This document shows positions 52,349-60,468 of a stretch of DNA of 64,000 nt, one piece after another. The stretch is taken from assembly GCA_046538485.1 (NCBI GenBank), contig JBKHIT010000014.1, forward strand, positions 23,083-87,082, in the 5' to 3' direction. The notes below the pieces were generated by a model. It was given only the letters and a program-made list of their open reading frames with translations, was not told the DNA's origin and ran no database searches. The first letter of the stretch is position 1. Every line of letters starts with the position of its first letter. Source of the DNA: Candidatus Brocadiia bacterium. GTDB taxonomy: Bacteria > Planctomycetota > Brocadiia > SM23-32. The position numbers and the translations under genes were made by a program.

Positions 52349-53149
52349 ATGGTCCCGGTGGTCGGCGAGGTTGTATTCCCGACGTGGCAGGCAATTTTGT
52401 TGATTGTTCTGTGCTTTGGATCGCTGATCATTGCGCTCTATTGTCTGTTTTTTATGGTGCCTCTGAAGAGTTTTGCAAGACGCATCAACTCCTTGGGCGG
52501 CGGGATGAGAGGTATCCGGAAGCACCTTGAGGGGATAAATCAGGAAATTGATGGGCGAATTGAACAAATGCGGGACGATTTCGAGCAGCGACTTCGGGAG
52601 CAACGGGAAGAATGGGACGAATCTCTGACGTTACTCTCGAAGACAGCGAAAAATGCGGAAGCGGGCTTAAAAAAGCTTGACGCGACGACGCAAAGCCTGC
52701 AGGCGGAAATACGGGAAAGTTCCTCAGATGCGCGAAAAGTGGCCCGTAACCTTGATGATCTGAAGAAGCAGTTGTTAGAGTTGCAAGATGACTTCCAGGT
52801 GCTTGAAGATGAGCTGGAGGGGTCAGTTCGCCAGATGGTTACCGATTCTTTCCACCAACTGGAAAGTACCATTTTAAGCGCGTTGGAGTCCGTGCAGGAC
52901 GAAATGCTACGTGGCAATAGCCGCTTTCGCGGAACGTCACTGAACTCCGGGAAAAAACACTCAAATGGCTCTCGTGGGCATTACGAGCCGAAGAAGGGGA
53001 GAAAGACGAAACCTGAAGCAGACAAAATCATCTCAGCCGAACCTCTATTCGGCGAAGACATCGATGAAAAGGGGGGCGAAGACGTTGAGGAAGAGTCGAA
53101 CGAAGAAGATGCAAAAGAACCAGAAACACAGGAAGCGCCCGCAAAGTAA
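52349..53149 (+). CDS. Membrane-anchored coiled-coil protein with acidic tail
   Basis: RBS GGAGG before ATG 52349; TM, heptads, acidic C-terminus. Confidence 0.8.
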   Translation: MVPVVGEVVFPTWQAILLIVLCFGSLIIALYCLFFMVPLKSFARRINSLGGGMRGIRKHLEGINQEIDGRIEQMRDDFEQRLREQREEWDESLTLLSKTAKNAEAGLKKLDATTQSLQAEIRESSSDARKVARNLDDLKKQLLELQDDFQVLEDELEGSVRQMVTDSFHQLESTILSALESVQDEMLRGNSRFRGTSLNSGKKHSNGSRGHYEPKKGRKTKPEADKIISAEPLFGEDIDEKGGEDVEEESNEEDAKEPETQEAPAK

Positions 53150-53210
53150 AGCCATCAAACCTGCCAGTTAAGTAATACCCCTTGGGAAGACCCAGTTCAA
53201 TGAATTGAAA

Positions 53211-53393
53211 TCAGTCTTCAAAATACCGATACGCCGTGGTAGCTGTGAGGGACAGTATGGCAAAGGCAATAGCTCGGAATCCTTCATATACTTGCTCACC
53301 GGGTCCGACCTTATGGATATAATTGAAGGTCAGGATGGCAAGGGCGATGGCCAGAACGCCAATTACTATCTTTCCTATTGTTCGTCTACGCAT
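53211..53393 (-). CDS. Small two-TM membrane protein (60 aa)
   Basis: RBS GGAG, two hydrophobic segments. Confidence 0.6.
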   Translation of the reverse strand: MRRRTIGKIVIGVLAIALAILTFNYIHKVGPGEQVYEGFRAIAFAILSLTATTAYRYFED

Positions 53394-53621
53394 TACGGAT
53401 CAATCTCCCTTGTTTGCTTTCCGGGTCGGAAAAATATGGTCCGCACCCCGTGAAGGACTAAATGGAAGTTTACGTTGATGGCCCGTAAATGTCAAGTGCG
53501 GTGTTCTTTGCCGTTTTGCCCGGGCAGGCTATTTACGTCGAGAGTTTTTCGGATAAGATCATCGGGCTGCTACGCAAATCATGAAAGACGTGCTTGTAAT
53601 CGAGAAATAAGCCGGGAGTTC

Positions 53622-54473
53622 TCAGTCCAGCCCCCGTTTTTTGCAAAGCAGGAAGATAGAACGGTCAAGTTCTGTGGCATCCGAAGGCCGTTTCTGCGGG
53701 TCCTTTGACATGCAACGGAGAATAATTTTTTCGAGATCTTCCGAGCAATGATCGATGAAGTTGCTGGGCGGGGTCGGTTTCGTGTTCAAACTTTTGGTCA
53801 TACGTGCGTGTTGCGTTTCGCCCCAGAACGGTTTCTTGCCTGTAATCAGTTCATACATCACGATGCCGAGAGAATAAATATCGGCTCCCGGTTCATACTG
53901 CCAGCGTTTGATCATTTCCGGTGCCATATAGCTTGGAGTCCCAACACGGCCTTTAACGACCTTCGAACCAGCGGGTATCGTCATGCCGAAATCAATTAAT
54001 TTCACAGTTTTATCGGGCGTTAATAAAATATTGCCCAGGCAGACATCCCGGTGCACAAGACCTTTTCTGTGAATGTATGCCATGGCGCTGACAGTCTGCT
54101 CAATAATCTTTATCAGGTCGTTTTCCTGCCCTTCGTTGTTGCAACGCCCGATATAATCGCCAAGATTTGAATGAATGAATTCCATTGCGAGCCAATAATG
54201 TTTGCCGGTTCCATATTCGAGGCATTTTATAATGTTGGGATGTTCGAGTTCTTTCAGCAGTTGGCCTTCCCAACGGGCGACGGAATCATTCTCAAGCAGA
54301 CGTGCGATTTTTTCCCCCGCTTTTGTAAGGACCTTGAGAGCGACCTCCTCACCGGTTTCCGTTCGTACGCAACGGTATATGTTGGAGAAAGCCCCTTCGA
54401 AAATAGGGTCCCCGATATCATAACCGCGTATATAAAGTTCCCCGGTTAGCTTGGACAGTAACCGTTTGAACAT
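53622..54473 (-). CDS. Hanks-type Ser/Thr protein kinase (kinase domain only)
   Basis: VALK, HPNI, HRD, DFG, GTPSYMAPE, DIYSLG. Confidence 0.92.
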   Translation of the reverse strand: MFKRLLSKLTGELYIRGYDIGDPIFEGAFSNIYRCVRTETGEEVALKVLTKAGEKIARLLENDSVARWEGQLLKELEHPNIIKCLEYGTGKHYWLAMEFIHSNLGDYIGRCNNEGQENDLIKIIEQTVSAMAYIHRKGLVHRDVCLGNILLTPDKTVKLIDFGMTIPAGSKVVKGRVGTPSYMAPEMIKRWQYEPGADIYSLGIVMYELITGKKPFWGETQHARMTKSLNTKPTPPSNFIDHCSEDLEKIILRCMSKDPQKRPSDATELDRSIFLLCKKRGLD

Positions 54474-54512
54474 TCGCGCCCTTTCATCGGTCTCAGAAAT
54501 GGCGTCTCAGGA

Positions 54513-55331
54513 CTATTGCGTTTCAGTCTTTTCGTTTTCGACGATTTCTATTTCTTCCACGGGTACAGACCGCTCATTGTCATCCTCAAAGCGGACATTT
54601 ACCGTTTGCTTCAGTATCTCGTATCCGACAACGACACCATCCCCGGCCGGAGTTCTAACTCCTGTCCCGGGACGCGGAAGATTTGCTTTCAATTCTCTAT
54701 ATATCCCATTTTCATACTTCAGACAGCACTTCAGTCGACCACATCGACCGCTGATTTTGGCGGGATCAAGAGTTGACTTCTGGTTTTTGGCCACTTTCAT
54801 CGGAACCGGCTTAAGGGCCCGGAGGAATTTCCGGCAGCAAAGAGGTCGACCGCATGAACCAAACCCTCCCAGAAGCTTCGCCTCATCTCTTACACCCACC
54901 TGACGCATTTCTATCCGAGTTCGGTACCGCTTTGCAAGGTCTTTGACCAGATTTCGGAAATCAACCCGTCCGTCGGCGAGGAAGAAAAAGATAATTTTGT
55001 TGCTGCCAAACAGGTGTTCTACCTTTACAAGCTTCATGGGTAGTTCGTGATGTTCGATGAGTTCCCGGCAGACCTGAAACTCTTCCTCCTCTTTTCCCTC
55101 CTGGATTTCTTTCTGTTTGGAGGTATCTTTACGCGTCGCCCGACGCAGTATCTGCCCAGCCGGTTCTTCATCGGGAGCATTTTGCCGCGCTACAACTTTG
55201 CCCCATTCAACACCCCGCTTCGTGCGGATTATGACACAATCGCCCGGAGTTACACGTTCTTCTGAAGGGGAGAAATATTCCACCTCTCCCATAGCACCAT
55301 ATCTGATTGCGACTAATTGGTCTTCACTCAA
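54513..55331 (-). CDS. PSP1 domain protein (YaaT/RicT-like)
   Basis: RGVEWG, GRVDFRNLVKDLA, RIEMRQVGVRDEA, CGRPLCC, KISGRCGRLKCCLKYE. Confidence 0.92.
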   Translation of the reverse strand: MSEDQLVAIRYGAMGEVEYFSPSEERVTPGDCVIIRTKRGVEWGKVVARQNAPDEEPAGQILRRATRKDTSKQKEIQEGKEEEEFQVCRELIEHHELPMKLVKVEHLFGSNKIIFFFLADGRVDFRNLVKDLAKRYRTRIEMRQVGVRDEAKLLGGFGSCGRPLCCRKFLRALKPVPMKVAKNQKSTLDPAKISGRCGRLKCCLKYENGIYRELKANLPRPGTGVRTPAGDGVVVGYEILKQTVNVRFEDDNERSVPVEEIEIVENEKTETQ

Positions 55332-55477
55332 ACCGGCATTCCCGTCGTGCTCTTATTCTTGCTCTTAGGGCGGCTGTCGCCTTATACCGCTTGGCCCTAT
55401 ACCGCCGTCCGCGGCACAATCGGTGCAAAAAACCACTTCGGGGAGAGACCTGACGGCCAAATCCCCTCATTAACCAA

Positions 55478-55506
55478 ATTGTACGGCCAGTTAAGTTTTG
55501 AGTCAA
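55478..55506 (-). promoter_or_regulatory. Sigma70-type promoter for the PSP1-kinase operon
   Basis: On the minus strand, TTGACT-17 nt-TACAAT. Confidence 0.55.
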
Positions 55507-55679
55507 CTCTGTGGCCGTGATTCAGTAGAATTTATATGGGAATAAACGCAAATCTACACTGCAGTATAGCGCCTGGCAGATGTAACCAAATTCATTTTAT
55601 GTTAGTGTAAACTGCGAGTTCGAATGTGCTCAGAGTGTAGATCGACTTGGCAAATTCTACTTACTTGTGAAAGGATCTG

Positions 55680-56195
55680 ATGATGCGACCACAGCGATGT
55701 CTGATTTGTGGTGAGACTTATCTTGGCAGCGAAACCCCGGACCGTTGCCCCTATTGCGGAGTGGAAGGCCGCTTCATCGCAGAGGCCGCCGAATATGTCG
55801 ATTACGATGGCATGGAATTGAGCGAAACCTCACAGGAATTCATCCGCGAGGCCATCCAAATTGAAATGAGCAACGTGGCATTCTATAAAAGTGCAGCGGA
55901 TCAGGCCCAGAGTAAAGTTGTCCGGGCGATTTTCAAACGCGTGGGAAAACACGAAGGCGAACATCTCGAACTGCTGGCAGATCATCTCGGCGTTGAAGAA
56001 CCGGATATCGAACCCGAAAGCTGCACCGATGATGATATACTCAACATGAAACAATCCCATGACCGCGAAGATCGAGCGGTGAAGATGTATGTGCGTTTCG
56101 CCGCTGAAGCCCCCGAACCGCGTATCAAGCAGATTTTTAGCGCCATCGCCGGGATCGAACAGGAACATTACAAACTGTTCAACACGTTCCGCTGA
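55680..56195 (+). CDS. Rubrerythrin-like protein (N-terminal rubredoxin-like CxxC pair plus ferritin-like domain)
   Basis: CLICG…CPYCG, then E…FY…ExxH…E…ExxH. Confidence 0.88.
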   Translation: MMRPQRCLICGETYLGSETPDRCPYCGVEGRFIAEAAEYVDYDGMELSETSQEFIREAIQIEMSNVAFYKSAADQAQSKVVRAIFKRVGKHEGEHLELLADHLGVEEPDIEPESCTDDDILNMKQSHDREDRAVKMYVRFAAEAPEPRIKQIFSAIAGIEQEHYKLFNTFR

Positions 56196-56721
56196 TTTCC
56201 TCCAGCGCCGTGGCATAGACAGCGTAGTCGGCTTCTGTGAAAAGCACGAAACGTACGAGATCGAAACTGTCCGGATGTGCCTTGATGTGCTGAGTTACAG
56301 CCGACAGCGCAACGTGGGAGGCCTCTTCAATCGGATATCCGTATACCCCGGTGCTGATCGAAGGGAAGGCAATCTTCCTGAGGCCGTGCTCAACCGCGAC
56401 GTCGAGACTGCTCCGATATGCGCTTGCCAATAACTCGCGTTCACCGGAACCGCCATTTCTGTAACGAGGCCCAACGGTGTGGATGACATGATCTGCCGGC
56501 AGGTTGCCCGCGGTGGTGATTACCGCATCCCCGGTAGGGCATCCCCCGAGTTTGCGGCACTCTTCCATTACTTCGGGGCCGCCAGCGCGGTGAATGGCTC
56601 CATCAACGCCCCCGCCTCCACGGAGGCCGCTGTTCGCCGCGTTCACGATGGCGTTAACGTCCTGTTCGGTGATATCGCCCTGCACAAGTTCCAGTTTTGT
56701 CTCCCCGATGGGCAATTCCAA
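56179..56721 (-). CDS. Macro domain protein (O-acetyl-ADP-ribose deacetylase, YmdB-like)
   Basis: GDIT, AIVNAAN, GGGGVDGAIHRAGG, VIHTVGP, AFPSISTGVYGYP. Confidence 0.93.
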   Translation of the reverse strand: MELPIGETKLELVQGDITEQDVNAIVNAANSGLRGGGGVDGAIHRAGGPEVMEECRKLGGCPTGDAVITTAGNLPADHVIHTVGPRYRNGGSGERELLASAYRSSLDVAVEHGLRKIAFPSISTGVYGYPIEEASHVALSAVTQHIKAHPDSFDLVRFVLFTEADYAVYATALEEISGTC

Positions 56722-56776
56722 GACAAATCTCCCTGTAATTAACTGTCATGCTTTTTTCATGGAGCGGGAGCAGGGT

Positions 56777-57280
56777 TTATTCGATTTCCAGGAACATTGA
56801 ACGCGGTGCGCCGCAGATCGGGCACTCTGCCGGCGGCTCTCCCTCAACGGTATTACCACAGCCCTGGCACACCCAGAGTTTCGTTTCGGGCAAATCCTCA
56901 TTTTTCTTAACAGCGTCGACGGCCCGGTTGTACAGCATGTGATGGATCTCTTCGACTCGGCTGGCGAAATCAAAAGTTCGGCGTGCCTCCGGTTCACCTT
57001 CATCTTCGGCCACCTGGATAAACGCCGGATACATTTCTTCGAACTCATCGGCCTCTCCCTGCGCAGCCTCTTTGAGGTTTTCAAGGGTGGATTTAACTCC
57101 ACTCATGACTTCAAGGTGATTGAGCGCATGGACAGTTTCGGCAGCCGCAGCAGCTCTGAACAGGTGGGCAACCTGTTTGTACCCTTCATCTTCAGCTTTT
57201 CGAGCAAAAGCGGTGTATTTTCGGTTAGCCTGACTCTCTCCGGCGAACGCTTTCTGCAAATTATCGTCGGTCTGACTCAT
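56777..57280 (-). CDS. rbr: Rubrerythrin
   Basis: NLQKAFAGESQANRKY, AETVHA, EMYP, VEEIH, C-terminal CQGCG…CPICG; RBS GGAGG. Confidence 0.93.
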   Translation of the reverse strand: MSQTDDNLQKAFAGESQANRKYTAFARKAEDEGYKQVAHLFRAAAAAETVHALNHLEVMSGVKSTLENLKEAAQGEADEFEEMYPAFIQVAEDEGEPEARRTFDFASRVEEIHHMLYNRAVDAVKKNEDLPETKLWVCQGCGNTVEGEPPAECPICGAPRSMFLEIE

Positions 57281-57401
57281 GCAATCCTCCATTTTTTCGG
57301 GTAATACTTGAGAGTAAGCAGCAAACAGTACATTTATAATACACATGTTTTGGTGGGGCATCAAAAGTATGTTCGGCAAGTACCTCGTGGACCTGAGCCG
57401 C

Positions 57402-57430
57402 TTGTTCGCGGACAGAAGAATAGTTATAAT
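57402..57430 (+). promoter_or_regulatory. Probable tRNA promoter
   Basis: TTGTTC-17 nt-TATAAT shortly upstream of the tRNA. Confidence 0.45.
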
Positions 57431-57451
57431 CGGTATTCTCACCTGAAAGAT

Positions 57452-57529
57452 CGGGGCGTAGCGCAGCCTGGCTAGCGCGCGTGCTTTGGGAGCACGAAGT
57501 CCCGGGTTCGAATCCCGGCGCCCCGACCA
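57452..57529 (+). tRNA. tRNA-Pro(UGG)
   Basis: Acceptor stem CGGGGCG/CGCCCCG, anticodon arm CGTGC-TTTGGGA-GCACG, GGTTCGAATCC T-arm, encoded CCA. Confidence 0.97.
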
Positions 57530-58160
57530 CCCCTTCCCATTACGTAAGTCCTTATTATATATTATAATAGGGCTATTGTCGCCGCCTTCGCAAGCAGCAA
57601 CCTTGTGCTTTTGTATTGAGAATCTCGCTGGCTAAAGCACCGCGACACTCTAAAGCAACTTTCCTGTGTGGAATCTCTCCCAAAACCCCCTCAAACCCCC
57701 GATATCCGCCTCAAAACCTTAAAATCGGGCCAAATCGCGTTATAATTTAAGTGATGGGCAAAGCGCGGATTCGAGAGCCCATCCAAGCCCACGAATCCCA
57801 CTCCAAACCCCTCCCGAGATGTCCCACCATCGCAGGATCCCCCTCCGGAATGTTTTTCTTTTTCCTCCCCCCACCGAATTCTCGACATTTTGACACGCAA
57901 TACAACATTTAATGCCACCTTCTACCCGCGTGGAAAGTGCCTTTCCGGGGGCAACGAGTAGTGCAGCTGATTTCTGGAAACCGGTAGCTGTCGTCCTTCT
58001 GATCCACATCCTGGTGCGCAAGCATTACGCAGTTGGTGTGGTTCTTTTTATGTACCAATGACACGCTGACGTTCCCGGCGAACCGAGCGGTTTTTATCAC
58101 TTAACTGAGCCGATCGGGAGGCCCTGGGCGGCCTTTCTTTTTTTACGAAAGGAAGTCCAA

Positions 58161-58799
58161 ATGAGCGCTGCGACTATAAATGTAGAGCATGCTCAACGCC
58201 AATTTGTCGAAATTCTTCCCGACCTCGAAAATATTGCACATGCCGCATTTTGGAACCTAAACCCCGCCGATCGTGAGGAAGCGGTGGCCGAAACCACGGC
58301 AATGGCCTGGCAGAACTTCTTCCATTGCTGCCATGAGGATAAGTCCCCTGGAGCGTCTTCGATCGCCTATTACGCAGTAAAGAACGTCAGATCAGGTAGG
58401 CGCTTTGCAGGTTCGAGTTCAACCGACGTGATGTCGAGGAAAACCCAACAAATGGGCAGATGTCGGGTAACTCACACCGGTGCCTCAGCTGATGAGAATA
58501 CGGACGGTCCCACGGTACCGCTCATCGATCATCGGACATGGATGAGGCCTTTTCATAGGGCTCGTGTGGAACTTGATTACCCCGAGTTCCTCGATCGACC
58601 GGAGGTCACAGACCGAGAAGAGCGGGTGTTCGAAATGCTGGCCGACGGCAGGCTCGGCAAAGAGATCGCTGAGGGGCTGCAAGTATCTCAGCCCCGCGTG
58701 ACCCAGATTAAAAAGAGCCTGGCCGGGAAGATGATGGAGTTCTTTGGCCGGGGGATCTATCCGGACTATCACGCCATTAAGAACCTGAAAAAATCTTGA
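58161..58799 (+). CDS. Sigma-factor-like / C-terminal HTH DNA-binding protein
   Basis: DREEAVAE…AW region-2-like segment; C-terminal TDREERVFEMLADGRLGKEIAEGLQVSQPRVTQ HTH. Confidence 0.75.
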   Translation: MSAATINVEHAQRQFVEILPDLENIAHAAFWNLNPADREEAVAETTAMAWQNFFHCCHEDKSPGASSIAYYAVKNVRSGRRFAGSSSTDVMSRKTQQMGRCRVTHTGASADENTDGPTVPLIDHRTWMRPFHRARVELDYPEFLDRPEVTDREERVFEMLADGRLGKEIAEGLQVSQPRVTQIKKSLAGKMMEFFGRGIYPDYHAIKNLKKS

Positions 58800-58928
58800 C
58801 TTCAGGCCAATCGACTGTTACCCTCGGGGTAGCTGCCTGTCCGAAAAAAGCGTGGTGCTCCTACCAAACAATCCCCATACGCACCACGCGCTGCCGGGGA
58901 GTTGTCCCTCTCTGGCAGATGCCCCTCA

Positions 58929-58967
58929 GCGGGCGGATCTTACCCGGGTCCGCCCGCTTTTTTTTTT
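58929..58967 (+). terminator. Rho-independent terminator
   Basis: GCGGGCGGATC … GGTCCGCCCGC stem followed by 10 T. Confidence 0.75.
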
Positions 58968-59184
58968 GTTGTCTTGGGGCGAGCAGATCACGTCTTGTTG
59001 CCGCCGGAAAATCATCTCCGCCGACAGAATATTCATCGCTGGGAAAAATCCTTTGATAAACTGCTCTCACGCGGTAGACTATTAGTGTATGGATTGATTA
59101 CCATCTGATACTCAGCGTTTTTTATGGTACGGACTGCCGCAAACGCGACTGCAGCCAAATAAAGGCTGCTCGGGGAGGTTTATT

Positions 59185-59233
59185 ATGAAGCAGGCAAGGA
59201 GGCACGTAAAGACCGGATTTACGCTGATTGAGT
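59185..59233 (+). pseudogene. Type IV prepilin-like leader (5' exon) MKQARRHVKTG|FTLIE, interrupted by a group II intron
   Basis: RBS GGAGGT, ATG 59185, basic leader plus GFTLIE N-methylation motif. GTGTG begins after the first base of the next (Leu) codon. Confidence 0.85.
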
Positions 59234-60004
59234 GTGTGCCCAGTTAAGGCTGGGTAAACTTGTTGGGTGTAAGTCCCAATCGTATTAGTTTCTCATTTCG
59301 AATGCGTAGCCTGACTGCCGGAGTCGCGGAACCAACAGAACAGGGGACCGATTCCGATGCGCAGTGACAAAGTCGCGAGACGGGAAACCGCTCCAACTAG
59401 GGCGGGGACTTAAGGTCAGTCGGAGCGGCGAGGCAAACGCACAGACCGCAGGAAAACGAACATCCGAAGGCATCGCAGGAGGTATCCTGACGGAAGTTGC
59501 TGACAGAGTCAGGTGATCCGGTCACTGGCGATCCTTCGTTCGATAGGAGAAGTCCGATGCAGATGGTGAGGAAAATGGTGAGAATCAAGTTTCCGCGAGC
59601 GAAAAGCATGAAGAAGGCGCGAGCAGGAATCAAAGAGCGGGTGAAGAACATACCGCTTGGCGAGCCGCTTAAGGAGGCCATAGGCGCCCTGAACCGCAAG
59701 TTGCGGGGATGGGCGAACTACTTCCGTATAGGCAACTCCTATGAGGCCGCCCGGGAGCTGACAGCTTTTGCGTGTCAGCAACTGCGTTTGTACCTGCGCC
59801 GCCGTCGAGCTCGCAAGGACATCGTCGGTTACCGGCGATGGCCGAACGGTTTCTTCCATGAGAAAGGGCTGGAATATGTGCCGAATCTACTGTAATCCCG
59901 CGACTGCGGGACTGTCTGCGAAATCACAGCGTGGAAAGCCGGGTGGGGTCCCGCGGCCGCGGGAAGACGCACGGTTTTATCAGGGTAAGTGGACAGCCCA
60001 GTAC
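59234..60004 (+). mobile_element. Group II intron, internally deleted copy (5' domain I, maturase X-domain remnant, degenerate domain V); 3' end approximate
   Basis: 5' GUGUG, GGGU-GNRA-GUCCC hairpin and GGCAAAC…GGAAAACGAAC domain-I motifs. Maturase ORF. D5-like AAGCCG…ACGCACGGTTT at 59936-59977. Confidence 0.85.
59557..59895 (+). CDS. Group II intron maturase-specific (X/thumb, GIIM-like) domain without RT
   Basis: PRAKSMKKARAGIKE…IGALNRKLRGWANYFRIGNS…LRLYLRRR…KGL; no YADD/RT domains; AGGAG 7 nt before ATG 59557. Confidence 0.8.
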   Translation: MQMVRKMVRIKFPRAKSMKKARAGIKERVKNIPLGEPLKEAIGALNRKLRGWANYFRIGNSYEAARELTAFACQQLRLYLRRRRARKDIVGYRRWPNGFFHEKGLEYVPNLL

Positions 60005-60108
60005 GGGGGAGCATGGAAATGGAGGAGGACTTCGTTTGACTTTTTTTTTTGAATATACTATGCATATGCGCTGTCGATACGTCGACTCTTATATGAGGAG
60101 GCAGAAGA

Positions 60109-60204
60109 ATGCGTGAGTGGAAAGCAGGAAAAAGGTTGGGCTTTACTTTAATCGAACTGAAAAGGGAACACAGGGCGTTTGAACACAAAATCCGGGCTAA
60201 ATAA
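60109..60204 (+). pseudogene. Orphan prepilin-like leader MREWKAGKRLG|FTLIEL, truncated
   Basis: RBS GAGGAGG and GFTLIEL, then a charged non-pilin tail ending in the MITE-type terminus AAAATCCGGGCTA and a stop. Confidence 0.75.
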
Positions 60205-60468
60205 ACGGCGCGTTAAGCCTTGCAATACAAGAATAAGTGTACCGTAGGACGCCCAATGTCACGAACATGCCAATGTTATGATAAAAAACATCTTGTCAAG
60301 AAGATACGCCGGTTTGCCGGTTATGTGGTCCAGTCCTGAGATTATGAGCATTTCTGATTGTTGTAACTTTCTGATACTAAACGGCATGTGCCGTTTTCTT
60401 TAACCTGAGATCCCGGTTAACCGCTGTCAATATGATCCTTCCGTTAGAGTGAGAAACGAGAAAAAACA

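Noticed and set aside
55324..55506. 60-aa basic ORF (possible ribosomal protein)
   Set aside because: No recognisable family motif, and it overlaps a good sigma70 promoter and the leader of the PSP1 gene.
57261..57530. 89-aa minus-strand ORF MVGAPGFEPGTS…
   Set aside because: This is the antisense translation of tRNA-Pro.
59388..59405. Hairpin CCGCTC-CAACTA-GGGCGG as candidate EBS1
   Set aside because: The loop pairs with at most 3 nt of one exon end and not the other. The GUUCGAU loop at 59538-59544 fits all three leaders.
59234..60004. Diversity-generating retroelement or retron
   Set aside because: There is no RT catalytic domain and no TR/VR pair with adenine-specific mismatches. The repeat differences are structure-preserving and the hallmarks are those of a group II intron.
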